From: an uncultured cyanobacterium
GTDB taxonomy: Bacteria > Cyanobacteriota > Cyanobacteriia > PCC-9006 > JAAUQQ01
Length of the DNA: 64,000 bases
Reading direction: 5' to 3'
Assembly: GCA_963718615.1 (NCBI GenBank)
Contig: OY970368.1
Span: 1,419,287-1,483,286, forward strand
In this document: positions 1 through 10,248 of the stretch, one piece after another
Layout: every line of letters starts with the position of its first letter
How positions within the stretch are numbered: position 1 is the stretch's first letter
Translations under genes and position numbers: made by a program
The notes under the pieces: generated by a model
Told to the model about the DNA's origin: nothing
Seen by the model: the letters and a program-made list of their open reading frames with translations, nothing else
Database searches by the model: none

Positions 1-574
1 TGCTTCCGCTACGGTCACACCGGAAAAGGTTGCGATCGCCTGGGAAAGCCGTTTGCCATATCGAGCAACACCACTTTCATGGGCTTGTTGAGCGGTTAGG
101 TGCAAATATCCAATCTTCATGGAGGTCTGAAAAGTTCAGGGAATCTACGGGTATCTAGACAGAGCACAGGGCTCTATGGCAATCCACCGACCTATCAAGC
201 TAGCTGCATAAAGCAATACATGAACTATTGAAACGCTGATTCATTGCCATGACATCAGCATTTTTCGCACAGCCAAAACTGCTTTCTAGGTCAGGATTGA
301 AGTGAATCACGGCATCTGTCTAGGAAGAGGGATACCGGGTAGATGCCGGGTAGATACTAGGTCAGCCCTATGACTCAGGCACTGACGCATTAAGTCCTTG
401 AATTGGTCGTATTAGTGACAAAGTATATCAAATTACTCTATTAAAGGAGCGTATTAAGTCTTCTCAACTGGCAAGCGCTTCGCAAAGTGCGCGTCAAGGC
501 ATTGAAAACGGGGCCGATCGCTCGACCCCGCTGAGAATTCGTTTAATTTTTTTAATCGAGGCTGTAACAGACCG

Positions 575-1594
575 TTACGCCAGGGCCGACGGTTGGGCGA
601 TAGGCTGTTCAAGGGACTCAAGAGGCTCAAGGGGCTCAAGCGGCTGCATCCCGATCGCCGCTAAGAGTTCCCGATCGGCATCATGATCTTGATTCTCTAC
701 GGTTAATAACTTTTCGCCATAGAAAATCGAATTCGCCCCAGCCATAAAGCACAGGACCTGAGCCTCCCGACTCAGGCTTTCCCGACCTGCGCTGAGACGC
801 ACCTTGGCCTGGGGCATAAGAATCCGGGCCGTGGCACAGATCCGCACCAGATCGAAGGGATCAATGGGCACTTGCTCCGCCAGAGGTGTTCCTGCAACTC
901 CGACCAGCGCATTGATGGGAACGCTTTCGGGGTGAGGATTCATCGTGGCTAGGATTTCGAGCATCCGGGCGCGATCGCGCAAACTTTCCCCCAGGCCAAT
1001 AATCCCCCCACAGCACAGCGTAATACCCGCGTTGCGCACCCGCTCTAGGGTTTGGAGGCGATCGCCATAGGTCCTTGTACTAATTACCTGGTCGTAATAT
1101 TCCGGCCCCGTATCTAAATTGTGGTTGTAGGCGGTCAGACCGGCCTCCGCTAAGCGTTCTGCCTGGGACTGGTTGAGCATTCCTGCCGTCACACAGGCTT
1201 CCATCCCCAGTTCGCGCACCCCCCGCACCATCGCCACCATCTCGTCAAAGGCCTTACCCTCGCGGATCTCTCGCCAAGCCCAGCCCATGCAAAAGCGCGA
1301 GGCTCCAGCGGCCTTGGCCTGTTCGGCCTTCGCAAGCACGGCCTCCACAGGCAAAATCGGCTCGGCTTTAACCGCCGTGTCGTGGTGAGCAGACTGGGCG
1401 CAATATCCACAATCTTCGGCACAGCCGCCCGTTTTGACGCTGAGCAAGGTCGCCAACTGCACGCCGTTGCCCGGATTGTAGGCCCGATGAACCGTCTGAG
1501 CCCCATAGACCAAATCCAACAGGGGCTGCTGAAGCAAATCGAGAATTTCAGCGGTCGTCCAGTCGTAACGAATCTTGGGGCAAATTTCAGCCAT
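575..1594 (-). CDS. bioB: biotin synthase (radical SAM)
   Basis: 339-aa ORF with the radical-SAM Cys motif [13 protein letters not shown] and the YNHNLDT and GxIGLGE motifs typical of BioB. Confidence 0.9.
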   Translation of the reverse strand: MAEICPKIRYDWTTAEILDLLQQPLLDLVYGAQTVHRAYNPGNGVQLATLLSVKTGGCAEDCGYCAQSAHHDTAVKAEPILPVEAVLAKAEQAKAAGASRFCMGWAWREIREGKAFDEMVAMVRGVRELGMEACVTAGMLNQSQAERLAEAGLTAYNHNLDTGPEYYDQVISTRTYGDRLQTLERVRNAGITLCCGGIIGLGESLRDRARMLEILATMNPHPESVPINALVGVAGTPLAEQVPIDPFDLVRICATARILMPQAKVRLSAGRESLSREAQVLCFMAGANSIFYGEKLLTVENQDHDADRELLAAIGMQPLEPLEPLESLEQPIAQPSALA

Positions 1595-1734
1595 GGTTCC
1601 TCTTGCTCTTTAATAGTACCAGTGTACTATAATGGTCAATAGCGTTACTCATCACACCACCGAACGCGGGTGCCGGAGGCATTGAGCTCTATCGATTTTC
1701 TGCTGCTCATCAGCTTACCGCCTCGCCGACTGCG

Positions 1735-2559
1735 TTGGCCGACTGCGTTGAAGGAGAAGTTCTGATGGACCCCCACACCCCCGATCCCTGGTATCAGTCT
1801 GAGCCTTCCGAGCCGTCTGAGAGTCCGACGGCCTATCCCCCCATTCCCCCCTATCCGGTGGGGCCACCGACGAATCCTCGGTCCCGGTCCCAGGGCCAGA
1901 ATTCCCAGGGTCAAAATTTCCAGGGCCAAAATTCCTATGACCAAAATTCCTATGACCAAAATTCCTATGACCAAAATTCCTATGGCTCGTATTCCCCTGC
2001 CAATGATGCCTATCCCCGGCGATCGCGTCCCTCTCAGCCCCAGCCCCCTCGGTCTCGACCCCATTCCCCCCGACCCCATTCCCCTCAGCCCCCAGCGCCA
2101 CGCCGTCCTCCAGCCCACTTCAGCATGGCCTACTGGGACGAGGAAGATGAGTTTGTGCCGGTCTTCCGACCTCGGCCCTACTCGTCGCGCCGGGAGGACT
2201 ATCGGCTGTGGATTTTGGGTGGGGTGCTGCTGGTGGGATTGACGGTGTTGATCGAGCCGACGCGGGTGATTTCAAGCATTGTCAAAACCCAGGATTACGA
2301 CTGTCAGGAAATTGTCCAACCCCAGTCGGTGCTGTCGCGGGAGCAGTTGACCCAGTTGCTGACGATTCCGGAGCGATCGCCCAAGGAAAAAGTCCGCGCC
2401 ATCATCCGCGAACCCTATTGCTTGTTGCCCAGCCTCAAAATCCGGGCTGGGGTCTCAGCGGTGCGCGAAGCCTATCCCCTGGAAGCGGATCCCGATACTT
2501 GGATCGTTCTACTTTATGAAGGAGATGAATATGCCGGTTACCGCTTTAATGCTCGTTAG
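1735..2559 (+). CDS. hypothetical Pro-rich protein with a QN[SF][QY][GD] pentapeptide tandem repeat and one predicted TM helix
   Basis: 274-aa ORF; low-complexity N-terminus (PSEPSE, QNSYDQNSYDQNSYD); hydrophobic stretch LWILGGVLLVGLTVLI; no recognisable family. Confidence 0.45.
   Translation: MADCVEGEVLMDPHTPDPWYQSEPSEPSESPTAYPPIPPYPVGPPTNPRSRSQGQNSQGQNFQGQNSYDQNSYDQNSYDQNSYGSYSPANDAYPRRSRPSQPQPPRSRPHSPRPHSPQPPAPRRPPAHFSMAYWDEEDEFVPVFRPRPYSSRREDYRLWILGGVLLVGLTVLIEPTRVISSIVKTQDYDCQEIVQPQSVLSREQLTQLLTIPERSPKEKVRAIIREPYCLLPSLKIRAGVSAVREAYPLEADPDTWIVLLYEGDEYAGYRFNAR
1891..1985 (+). repeat. in-frame 15-bp tandem repeat (about 6 units) encoding QNSQG/QNFQG/QNSYD
   Basis: cagggccagaattcc / cagggtcaaaatttc / cagggccaaaattcc / tatgaccaaaattcc x3, read directly in the sequence. 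Confidence 0.7.
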
Positions 2560-3010
2560 GGGGGCGGCGGTGCTGGGGGCGATCGCCATCGGACTCACGC
2601 TGTACCATTGGTCTGTTCAACAGAACCTGCCTCCCTCTCGTCAGGTCAAGATTCAGCAAACCTGGGAGTTGGAACCGGGACAGCGCGTGGGAGACTACCG
2701 CGTGGTGGGAGGCTTGGGCGATATTTCCATCGATTTGCAAGGCAACAAGGTCTGGGCTCCCTTTGCGGGCGATGTCTATCCGCTGAATAAAAACTGTGTC
2801 CTGTTTTCCAGTCCTGAAGTTCCGGCCTATCTGCTGCGCCTCTGTGGGGTTCAGCAGGTTAACTTTGGGGCGGTCAGTCAAGGCGGACGCATTGCCAAAT
2901 CCCAGATTCTTCACTTCGCAACCCTGCGCAAACAGCCCGATGGCAGTTGGGCGATCGTCGAGCCCTCCCGCGAGGTTTTGGAACGGGTTTTGAATCCCCA
3001 GCGCACTTAA
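2516..3010 (+). CDS. hypothetical membrane-anchored protein
   Basis: 164-aa ORF overlapping the upstream ORF by 44 bp; N-terminal hydrophobic helix; no recognisable family. Confidence 0.4.
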   Translation: MKEMNMPVTALMLVRGAAVLGAIAIGLTLYHWSVQQNLPPSRQVKIQQTWELEPGQRVGDYRVVGGLGDISIDLQGNKVWAPFAGDVYPLNKNCVLFSSPEVPAYLLRLCGVQQVNFGAVSQGGRIAKSQILHFATLRKQPDGSWAIVEPSREVLERVLNPQRT

Positions 3011-3238
3011 CGTTCGGCTCAAGGCTGCGTGAATCTGGCGTGAATCTGGCGTGAATTTCCATGACGTTCCGCCGGGAAACCATTATGATGAGATCCGTGG
3101 CAAGTCACCTGGGTTACCTACAGTACGTAAAGCCCACGGTTGCGCTCGCTACCCCAAGGAACGCCGAAGCCTCGGTCCATTCCCGTGCTGGGTAAACGTC
3201 ATGCCAAAAACGCGAACTTACAAACGGAAAAGGATCAG

Positions 3239-4651
3239 ATGAGTACATCAGTTATTGCACGCGACCCAGCGACCCCCGCCGTGGGTCAGGATTATAAGGT
3301 TGCCGATATTACCCTGGCGGATTGGGGCCGGAAGGAAATTGCGATCGCCGAAAGCGAAATGCCCGCGCTCATGGCGATTCGGGGCAAATATCGTGACAGC
3401 AAGCCCCTGGCTGGGGCCAAGATCATCGGCTGTATCCACATGACGATTCAGACCGCTGTGCTGATCGAAACCCTCCAGGAATTGGGGGCGGAGGTGCGTT
3501 GGTCTTCTTGTAATATTTTCTCGACCCAGGACCATGCGGCGGCGGCGATCGCAGCCTCCGGCACGCCGGTCTTTGCCTGGAAAGGCGAAACGGAAGAAGA
3601 GTACATCTGGTGTATTGAGCAAACCTGCCGCGATGCCAACGGCGAACTTTGGGACGCCAACATGATTCTCGATGATGGTGGCGACCTCACCGGCCACATC
3701 CACGAGAAATATCCCCAGATGCTGGAGCTTATCCATGGGGTGACCGAAGAAACCACCACCGGGGTTCACCGTTTGTTGGAAATGCTCGAAAACGGGGAAC
3801 TCAAGATTCCCGCCATCAACGTTAACGACTCGGTCACCAAGTCCAAGAACGACAACAAATATGGTTGCCGTCACAGCCTCAACGATGCGATCAAGCGTGG
3901 CGTAGACCACCTGATGGCGGGCAAAAAGGCCCTCGTCATTGGCTATGGCGATGTGGGCAAGGGCTCGGCAGCCTCGCTGCGCCAGGAAGGCATGATCGTC
4001 AAGATTGCTGAAGTGGATCCGATTTGCGCCATGCAGGCTTGTATGGATGGCTACGAAGTTGTTTCTCCCTACATCAACGGCGAGAACACCGGCACCCCCG
4101 ATTCGATCAACACGGCTCTGTTGGCGAATACGGATCTGATTGTCACCACCACGGGCAACGTCAATGTTTGCGATAAAAACATGCTGGCTGCGCTGAAGAA
4201 AGGCGCGGTTGTTTGCAACATCGGCCACTTTGACAACGAAATTGACACCCAGTTCATGCGCGACAACTGGCGTTGGGAAGAGGTCAAGCCTCAGGTTCAC
4301 CAGGTTTATCGCAGCAATGCAACGGATGACTATTTGCTGTTGCTTTCGGAAGGCCGTTTGGTCAACCTCGGCAACGCTACCGGTCACCCGTCTCGGATTA
4401 TGGATGGCTCCTTTGCGAACCAAGTGTTGGCGCAAATCTTCCTCTATGAGCGCAAGTTTGCTGACCTGCCTGCGGATCAAAAGCAAGCGGCCCTCTCGGT
4501 ACAGGTGTTGCCGAAGCATCTAGACGAAGAAGTCGCGACCTACATGGTTGCGGGCTTTGGTGGTGTGATCACGAAGCTGACGGAGAAGCAGGCGAAGTAC
4601 ATCAATGTGCCGCTGAATGGTCCGTTTAAGTCGAACGATTACAAGTACTAA
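3239..4651 (+). CDS. ahcY: adenosylhomocysteinase (S-adenosyl-L-homocysteine hydrolase)
   Basis: 470 aa from the ATG at 3239 (MSTSVIARD...). [18 protein letters not shown]-terminus and the NAD-binding [10 protein letters not shown] motif are classic AhcY. The ORF track's upstream extension from 3140 is unlikely to be coding. Confidence 0.9.
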   Translation: MSTSVIARDPATPAVGQDYKVADITLADWGRKEIAIAESEMPALMAIRGKYRDSKPLAGAKIIGCIHMTIQTAVLIETLQELGAEVRWSSCNIFSTQDHAAAAIAASGTPVFAWKGETEEEYIWCIEQTCRDANGELWDANMILDDGGDLTGHIHEKYPQMLELIHGVTEETTTGVHRLLEMLENGELKIPAINVNDSVTKSKNDNKYGCRHSLNDAIKRGVDHLMAGKKALVIGYGDVGKGSAASLRQEGMIVKIAEVDPICAMQACMDGYEVVSPYINGENTGTPDSINTALLANTDLIVTTTGNVNVCDKNMLAALKKGAVVCNIGHFDNEIDTQFMRDNWRWEEVKPQVHQVYRSNATDDYLLLLSEGRLVNLGNATGHPSRIMDGSFANQVLAQIFLYERKFADLPADQKQAALSVQVLPKHLDEEVATYMVAGFGGVITKLTEKQAKYINVPLNGPFKSNDYKY

Positions 4652-4739
4652 GATTTAGGTAGGGTCTAAGGGGCGGGCGATTGCTGCGCAGACTGGTGTG
4701 GCGATCGCCCAGCTCAACGGACTTCAAAATCCTAATACC

Positions 4740-4778
4740 AAAATCCTCAGTAGCTCACAGCGCTGGGGATTTTTTGAT
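4740..4778 (+). terminator. possible rho-independent terminator downstream of ahcY
   Basis: aaaatcctc ... ggggatttt stem (one G-U pair) followed by a TTTTTT run; loop is long (16 nt), so weak. Confidence 0.3.
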
Positions 4779-4928
4779 GGCTCGCTACAATGGGACGAGC
4801 AACGTTTCTGGTGCCCGACGAGTGGGTGAGGGCGGCGGTGGGGGCGTTGAGCACTGACCTATAATCAGGATATCGTGAATTAAAATACCACTGAAGGCTG
4901 ACGATTTTTATCCTCAAAACTGTTGATC

Positions 4929-5192
4929 ATGCAATCTCCCTTTCCTGGCATGAATCCGTATCTGGAGCAACCGGCATTTTGGTCGTCGTTTCATAGCCGT
5001 TTGATGGTGGCGATCGCGCCTCTCCAAGCGGTGTTTGATCAGGTGTTTCGGGAGGGGCGGTATGGGGCGAGGATTGATTATCAACTGCGGATGCCGCCGC
5101 CGAGTTTGTCAGAGGAGGCTCTGGTGTGGGTTGAGAAATTGTTGAGGGGGGAGCAGGCGGTGGCTAAGGTTCAGGATGAACGTTTGAAATAG
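4929..5192 (+). CDS. short DUF4058-like protein (N-terminal motif only)
   Basis: MQSPFPGMNPYLEQPAFWSSFHSRL matches the conserved N-terminus of the cyanobacterial DUF4058 family. The ORF is only 87-89 aa, whereas my recollection is that family members are about 250 aa. It ends 14 bp before the Roco gene. Confidence 0.5.
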   Translation: MQSPFPGMNPYLEQPAFWSSFHSRLMVAIAPLQAVFDQVFREGRYGARIDYQLRMPPPSLSEEALVWVEKLLRGEQAVAKVQDERLK

Positions 5193-5205
5193 GGGAGGGC
5201 TGAGG

Positions 5206-7590
5206 ATGGAGCGGGAGAAGTTGTTGGCGGTGATTGAGGAGGCGAGGCAGAGTGGGGAGACACATCTGAATTTGAACTGGAGAAGGATTGAAGAATTGCC
5301 ACCAGAAATTGGACAATTAATCACTCTCACCTCCCTGTACCTCAGCGGCAATTCACTGACAAGCCTGCCTAAGGAAATTGGGCAATTAACAAATCTCACT
5401 TCTCTTCGTCTCTGGAATAATCAACTGATGACCTTGCCAGAGACGATCGGGCAATTAACAAATCTAACTTCCCTTGATCTCTGGAATAATCAACTGACGA
5501 GCTTACCCGAAGAAGTTGGACGTCTAAGCCAGCTAAAGCACTTAGACTTAACTGAAAATCCATTGAGTAAGCTTCCTCCAGAAATCAGAGGAAAATCTGG
5601 ACTTGAAATTCGTGATTACTATCGGCAACGCTTAGAAGAAAAAACTGATTACATCTATGAAGCTAAACTCTTAGTCATCGGTAAAGGCGGAGCTGGAAAA
5701 ACCAGTCTTGCTAACAAACTGATTGATTCAGGTTACACGCTCAAACTTGAGGGAGGCGAAAATCCCGAAAAATCCACAGAAGGGATTGACGTTCTCCGCC
5801 TCGACTTCGAGCATCCCAGCAACAACCCCTTTCGCATCAACATCTGGGACTTCGGCGGCCAAGAAATCTACCACGCCACCCACCAATTCTTCCTCACCAA
5901 ACGCTCCCTCTACCTCCTCGTCGCCGATACCCGCCAAGAAAACACCGACTTCAACTACTGGCTCGAAATCGTCGAACTCCTCAGCGACGCCAGCCCCACC
6001 CTGATCATTAAAAACGAAAAACAAGACCGCCCCTGCCAAGTCAACGAAAACCAACTGCGCGGACGCTTCCCCAATCTCGAAAAAATCCTCCCCACCAACC
6101 TCCTCACCAATCGCGGCCTCCCCGAGATCCTCGCCGCCGTCCAACACCACATCAGCCAACTCCCCCACATCGGCCAAGCCCTCCCAAAAACCTGGGTCAA
6201 CGTCCGCAAAGCCCTCGAAGAAGACAATCGCAACTACATCCCCCAAACCGAATATCTCAGCCTCTGCGACACCCACGGCTTCAAACGCCACAAAGACAAA
6301 CTTCAACTCAGCGAATACCTCCACGACCTCGGCGTCTGCCTCCACTTCCAAGACGACGACCTCCTCCAACGCTACATCATCCTCAAACCCGAATGGGGCA
6401 CCACCGCCGTTTACAAAGTCCTCGACACCCCCAAAGTTCGCCAAAACCTCGGCTGCTTCACCAGCGAAGATCTCAAACTCATTTGGGCCGATGAACAGTA
6501 TGCAGACATGCGCCCAGAGCTGCTGCAACTGATGAAAAACTTCAAACTCTGCTACGAGATCCCCCACCGCCCCAAAACCTACATCGCCCCCCAACTCCTC
6601 TCCCGCAACCAACCCGAATACGCATGGAACGACAGCAATAACCTGATTCTGCGCTACCACTACGAATTCATGCCCAAAGGAATGCTCACCCGCTTCATCG
6701 TCGAAATGCATCGATTAATTGACCGCGAACTCGTTTGGAAAGATGGCGTAATTCTTGCCGACAACAACGCCCGAGCTGAAGTCATCGAAGCCCGCTACCG
6801 CAATGAAATTCGCATTCGTATCTCCGGCTTCATAAAGAAACCCTTGCTCGAAGGCATCCGCCACGAATTCAAAAAAATCCACGACTCCTACGGAGAACGA
6901 TTGCGTTTTCAAGAGCTTATCCCCTGCAACTGCCCAACCTGCAAAGGTTCTCAAAATCCCCACGCCTACCCATTACAAAAACTCCAAGAACGTCTCCAAA
7001 ATCAAAACTACGAAATTGAATGCGACAAGCCCTCCTACCACAAAGTCAGTGTTCGCAACTTAATCGATGACGCCATTAACCCTAAGCCCAACCGCCCAAA
7101 TGTTGAACTCCTCAAAGAAGTCCCACACCCCCAACCTTCGTCGTCTCCCATTATCATCAATAATTACCAAACCCAGGATCAACGTAATACCATGACCGAA
7201 CAGCCACAAACCACCAATACCTTCAACGGCCCCACCTCCGGCATCATCGGCAGCACCTTCAACGACAACGCCCAAGCCAGCCGCAACACCTTCACCCAAA
7301 CCAATCACCCCACCCCCGCCGAACTCCTCCAACTCATCGCCAGCCTGCGCCAAACCGCCGCCCAACTCCCCCCAGACATCCAAGAAGAACTGATCATCGA
7401 CCTCGACGACGTCGAAGCCGAAATTCAAAAGCCTGAGGGCGATCGCAACCCCACCAAACTCAAAAAACGCCTCCTCGCCCTCGCCACCGCCGCCACCCTC
7501 ACCGCCACCCCGATCGCCGCCATCACCGACTTCGCCAACACCGCCCTCGACCTCGCCAACAAACTCGGCATCGAATTGCCTCTACCCTAA
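5206..7590 (+). CDS. Roco-family protein: leucine-rich repeats, Roc (Ras-of-complex) GTPase, COR domain, Cys-cluster and Q/N/T-rich C-terminal region
   Basis: N-terminal LRRs (LxxLxLxxNxLTSLPxEIGQLTNL repeated 4-5 times). P-loop LLVIGKGGAGKTSL, switch II WDFGGQE, and NKxD-like IKNEKQD. Long COR-like region follows, then a CNCPTC...C cluster and low-complexity tail. Confidence 0.8.
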   Translation: MEREKLLAVIEEARQSGETHLNLNWRRIEELPPEIGQLITLTSLYLSGNSLTSLPKEIGQLTNLTSLRLWNNQLMTLPETIGQLTNLTSLDLWNNQLTSLPEEVGRLSQLKHLDLTENPLSKLPPEIRGKSGLEIRDYYRQRLEEKTDYIYEAKLLVIGKGGAGKTSLANKLIDSGYTLKLEGGENPEKSTEGIDVLRLDFEHPSNNPFRINIWDFGGQEIYHATHQFFLTKRSLYLLVADTRQENTDFNYWLEIVELLSDASPTLIIKNEKQDRPCQVNENQLRGRFPNLEKILPTNLLTNRGLPEILAAVQHHISQLPHIGQALPKTWVNVRKALEEDNRNYIPQTEYLSLCDTHGFKRHKDKLQLSEYLHDLGVCLHFQDDDLLQRYIILKPEWGTTAVYKVLDTPKVRQNLGCFTSEDLKLIWADEQYADMRPELLQLMKNFKLCYEIPHRPKTYIAPQLLSRNQPEYAWNDSNNLILRYHYEFMPKGMLTRFIVEMHRLIDRELVWKDGVILADNNARAEVIEARYRNEIRIRISGFIKKPLLEGIRHEFKKIHDSYGERLRFQELIPCNCPTCKGSQNPHAYPLQKLQERLQNQNYEIECDKPSYHKVSVRNLIDDAINPKPNRPNVELLKEVPHPQPSSSPIIINNYQTQDQRNTMTEQPQTTNTFNGPTSGIIGSTFNDNAQASRNTFTQTNHPTPAELLQLIASLRQTAAQLPPDIQEELIIDLDDVEAEIQKPEGDRNPTKLKKRLLALATAATLTATPIAAITDFANTALDLANKLGIELPLP

Positions 7591-7620
7591 TTTCCCCAAC
7601 CCTAATTCCCCCGACCCTAG

Positions 7621-7920
7621 ATGTATATTGAATGGTTAAAATTTCACGTTCAGCCGGAGTTGCGATCGCAATTCATCCAAAAAGACGCCGAACTCTGGAC
7701 CCCCTACCTTGCCCAAAATTCCGCCTTTGTCCGCAAGGAAATTTGGCTAGACCCTAACCATCCCGATGAAGTTGCAACTATCGTTTGGTGGTCCAATCGT
7801 GAACAATGGAAAGCCATCCCCGCAGAAGAGATGGAGGCGATCGCCCAGCAGTTTGAAACGGCCCTGGGCAAAGGAACCTACGAACTCATCGAAGAACGGG
7901 AATGGCTTCAGGAAAGTTGA
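7621..7920 (+). CDS. conserved hypothetical small protein (possibly TIGR03792-like, recalled from memory)
   Basis: 99-aa ORF with good coding signal and a cyanobacterial-type conserved small-protein look; family assignment is from memory only. Confidence 0.45.
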   Translation: MYIEWLKFHVQPELRSQFIQKDAELWTPYLAQNSAFVRKEIWLDPNHPDEVATIVWWSNREQWKAIPAEEMEAIAQQFETALGKGTYELIEEREWLQES

Positions 7921-7928
7921 TGTGCAGC

Positions 7929-8294
7929 CTAGAGCGGTAACCGGAAAATAAACGGATAGCGATGGGCAACCTCTGGGTTCGTCAAACACTTAAACACCGC
8001 CCAGCCCGGAAAAATTAGGTTGTATAACAAACCAATCGGAATCAAAATTGGCGACAGCAACCAGCCAATCAAGATGAAATATAAAAAGGCAATAACACCG
8101 CCCACAACCCAAAGGTTGAGGTGAAAATTAATCGACTCCTTGGCGTTTTCCTTCACGACCGGATCATCAGAAACTAACAAAACGGCGATCGGCACCCCAA
8201 TCGTCACCATCGAGAGACCCAAGAAATTGAGGCCATGGCAAAGGGCAGACAGGAGCTTACGCTTATCGGGGTCATAGGTGGCTTGCATTCCCAA
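7929..8294 (-). CDS. small integral membrane protein (DUF4870-like)
   Basis: 121 aa with three hydrophobic helices and a His-containing loop NFHLNLW, resembling DUF4870 / TM2-type membrane proteins. Confidence 0.5.
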   Translation of the reverse strand: MGMQATYDPDKRKLLSALCHGLNFLGLSMVTIGVPIAVLLVSDDPVVKENAKESINFHLNLWVVGGVIAFLYFILIGWLLSPILIPIGLLYNLIFPGWAVFKCLTNPEVAHRYPFIFRLPL

Positions 8295-8409
8295 GTCTCC
8301 TTACTGGGCTGAACCCCTTTATTATGTCGGCCCCGCTCAGATTTGAATAGGGACGGAAAGCCAGATCGATCGATCGGTCTTGCCCACCCCGTCCCGTCAA
8401 AGCTATCGA

Positions 8410-9915
8410 CTAAGCCAAGGCCGCTTCCTTTTCGAGCATTAGCTTCGATCGCTTGATCACATCCGGTACTTCCACCGGATAATTTCCAGTAAAACAAGCC
8501 GTGCAGAAATGTCCCACCGCTTCATGGGTCGCTTCGAGCATCCCATCCAAGCTGAGATAGGCCAAAGAATCCACACCAATTTGCTCACCGATTTCTTCCA
8601 CGGATTTGGTTGCACCAATTAGCTGGTCTTGGCTATCCGTGTCGATGCCGTAGAAGCAAGGATGGGTGACCGGCGGCGAGGAAATGCGCATGTGGACTTC
8701 CTTGGCCCCCGCATCCCGTAGGGCCTTGACCAGTTTGCGGCTCGTGGTGCCGCGCACGATCGAGTCATCGACGATGATGATCCGCTTGCCGTTGAGCACA
8801 TCCTTGAGCGGATTGAGCTTCATCTTGATTCCGGACTCGCGCATAATCTGCGTGGGCTGGATAAACGTCCGGCCCACATAGCGGTTTTTGATCAACCCTT
8901 CCGCGTAGGGAATCCCTGACGCTTCCGAGAAACCAATGGCTGCAGGAATGCCCGAATCAGGTACCCCAATTACCATATCTGCTTCAACGGTGGATTCAGC
9001 CGCTAACTGCCGTCCAATGCGCTGGCGGTAGCTATAGAGCGTTTCGCCATGAAACAAGCTATCGGGCCGCGCAAAATAAATCATCTCGAAGACGCAGAGC
9101 TTCGGGCTGGGCTGGTTGACCCAATGGAACGAAGCCAAGCCTTCTTCATTCACCCAAACCACTTCGCCCGGTTCCACATCTCGCAGATATTCCGCACCAA
9201 TAATATCCAGGGCACAGGTCTCTGAAGCCAGGACGTAGTAGGGTTTATGGGCTGGGCCTTGGGGACTTTCCAATGTGCCAATCACCAGGGGGCGAATCCC
9301 GTTGGGGTCGCGAACGCCCATCATGCCTTGGGGAGTGCCGATCACGAGGCTAAATGCGCCCTGGCAGCGACGGAAGGCGGTGATGCCCGCTTCGAGCCAG
9401 TCCTTGCCTTGATCAACCGCTTCGGCGATCGCCAAGGCAATCATCTCCGAGTCCGTCGTCGTCGCCAACACCTGATCCTTCGCTTCAAAGGCCGCCCGCA
9501 GCTCGGCAGTATTCACCAAGTTGCCATTGTGCGCCAAAGCCAGAGACCCTCGATGGGTCTGCACGACCGCAGGCTGAGCATTCCCCACATGGCTAGAGCC
9601 GGTAGTGGAGTAGCGGGTATGGCCCACAGCCATGTATCCCTGCATGCCGTTGAGGATGTCTTCATTAAACACCTGGGAAACCAACCCCATGTGTTTATGG
9701 GTAATTACCTGGTCGCCGTTAAATACAGAAATCCCAGCGGATTCTTGCCCTCGGTGTTGGAGCGCGTAAAGGCCAAAGTAGGTTAGCTTGGCCACATCCT
9801 GGTCCGGTGCATAGATGCCAAAGACGCCACAGGCTTCTTCAGGTTTGTCGGGACGGTCAGCTTGCGGTGTGGCAGCAGCGAGATGCAATTCCTGAGCAGA
9901 ATGGTGGGACATCAT
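8410..9915 (-). CDS. purF: amidophosphoribosyltransferase
   Basis: N-terminal nucleophile CGVFGI after a propeptide; PRTase motif IIVDDSIVRGTT; 4Fe-4S Cys ligands near the C-terminus. Confidence 0.9.
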   Translation of the reverse strand: MMSHHSAQELHLAAATPQADRPDKPEEACGVFGIYAPDQDVAKLTYFGLYALQHRGQESAGISVFNGDQVITHKHMGLVSQVFNEDILNGMQGYMAVGHTRYSTTGSSHVGNAQPAVVQTHRGSLALAHNGNLVNTAELRAAFEAKDQVLATTTDSEMIALAIAEAVDQGKDWLEAGITAFRRCQGAFSLVIGTPQGMMGVRDPNGIRPLVIGTLESPQGPAHKPYYVLASETCALDIIGAEYLRDVEPGEVVWVNEEGLASFHWVNQPSPKLCVFEMIYFARPDSLFHGETLYSYRQRIGRQLAAESTVEADMVIGVPDSGIPAAIGFSEASGIPYAEGLIKNRYVGRTFIQPTQIMRESGIKMKLNPLKDVLNGKRIIIVDDSIVRGTTSRKLVKALRDAGAKEVHMRISSPPVTHPCFYGIDTDSQDQLIGATKSVEEIGEQIGVDSLAYLSLDGMLEATHEAVGHFCTACFTGNYPVEVPDVIKRSKLMLEKEAALA

Positions 9916-10020
9916 GCGTGCGATCGGCTCCTTCAGTTAGGACAGTGTCAGGACAGAAATTCCCAAGGGAGTGAGTCGAAGTTAAAAATCCGTTTTTAAG
10001 GGGCGAAACGGGGAAAATTA

Positions 10021-10050
10021 CAGGATAGATATACAGGATAGATATACAGG
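10021..10050. repeat. 13-bp direct tandem repeat (caggatagatata x2 plus partial copy) about 100 bp upstream of purF
   Basis: caggatagatata caggatagatata cagg, read directly. Confidence 0.6.
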
Positions 10051-10248
10051 GGTCGAGGCTCACGCCCTCAATCAAGGTAACGCTGAATTGTGGGAATTGG
10101 GTTCCCCTCTCAATGAGAGCGCTCTACGCCCCAAAATGGGGATGGGTTAAGTAAAACTTAAGAAACATTTAAGCACCTTGCGGGCATTCGCTCACGACTT
10201 TTTAAGTTGAGGGCTTAGCGCGCTTGAGGATTATTGGGGCTGAGCTAT

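Noticed and set aside
3140-3238. N-terminal extension of ahcY from 3140 (MRSLPQG ...) given by the ORF track
   Set aside because: The conserved AhcY N-terminus starts at the ATG at 3239. The 33 upstream codons are basic, low-complexity and not AhcY-like.
3248-4519. Long antisense ORFs inside real genes. Examples: 423 aa opposite ahcY; 327 aa at 5728-6711 opposite the Roco gene; 225 aa at 21596-22273 and 218 aa at 24695-25351 opposite the MCPs; 189 aa at 26327-26896 opposite cheA; 175 aa at 53132-53659 opposite ndhF3
   Set aside because: These are shadow ORFs typical of GC-rich coding DNA. The opposite strand in each case encodes a protein with unmistakable conserved motifs. The antisense translations are low-complexity (Gly/Arg/Pro/Val-rich) with no recognisable domains.
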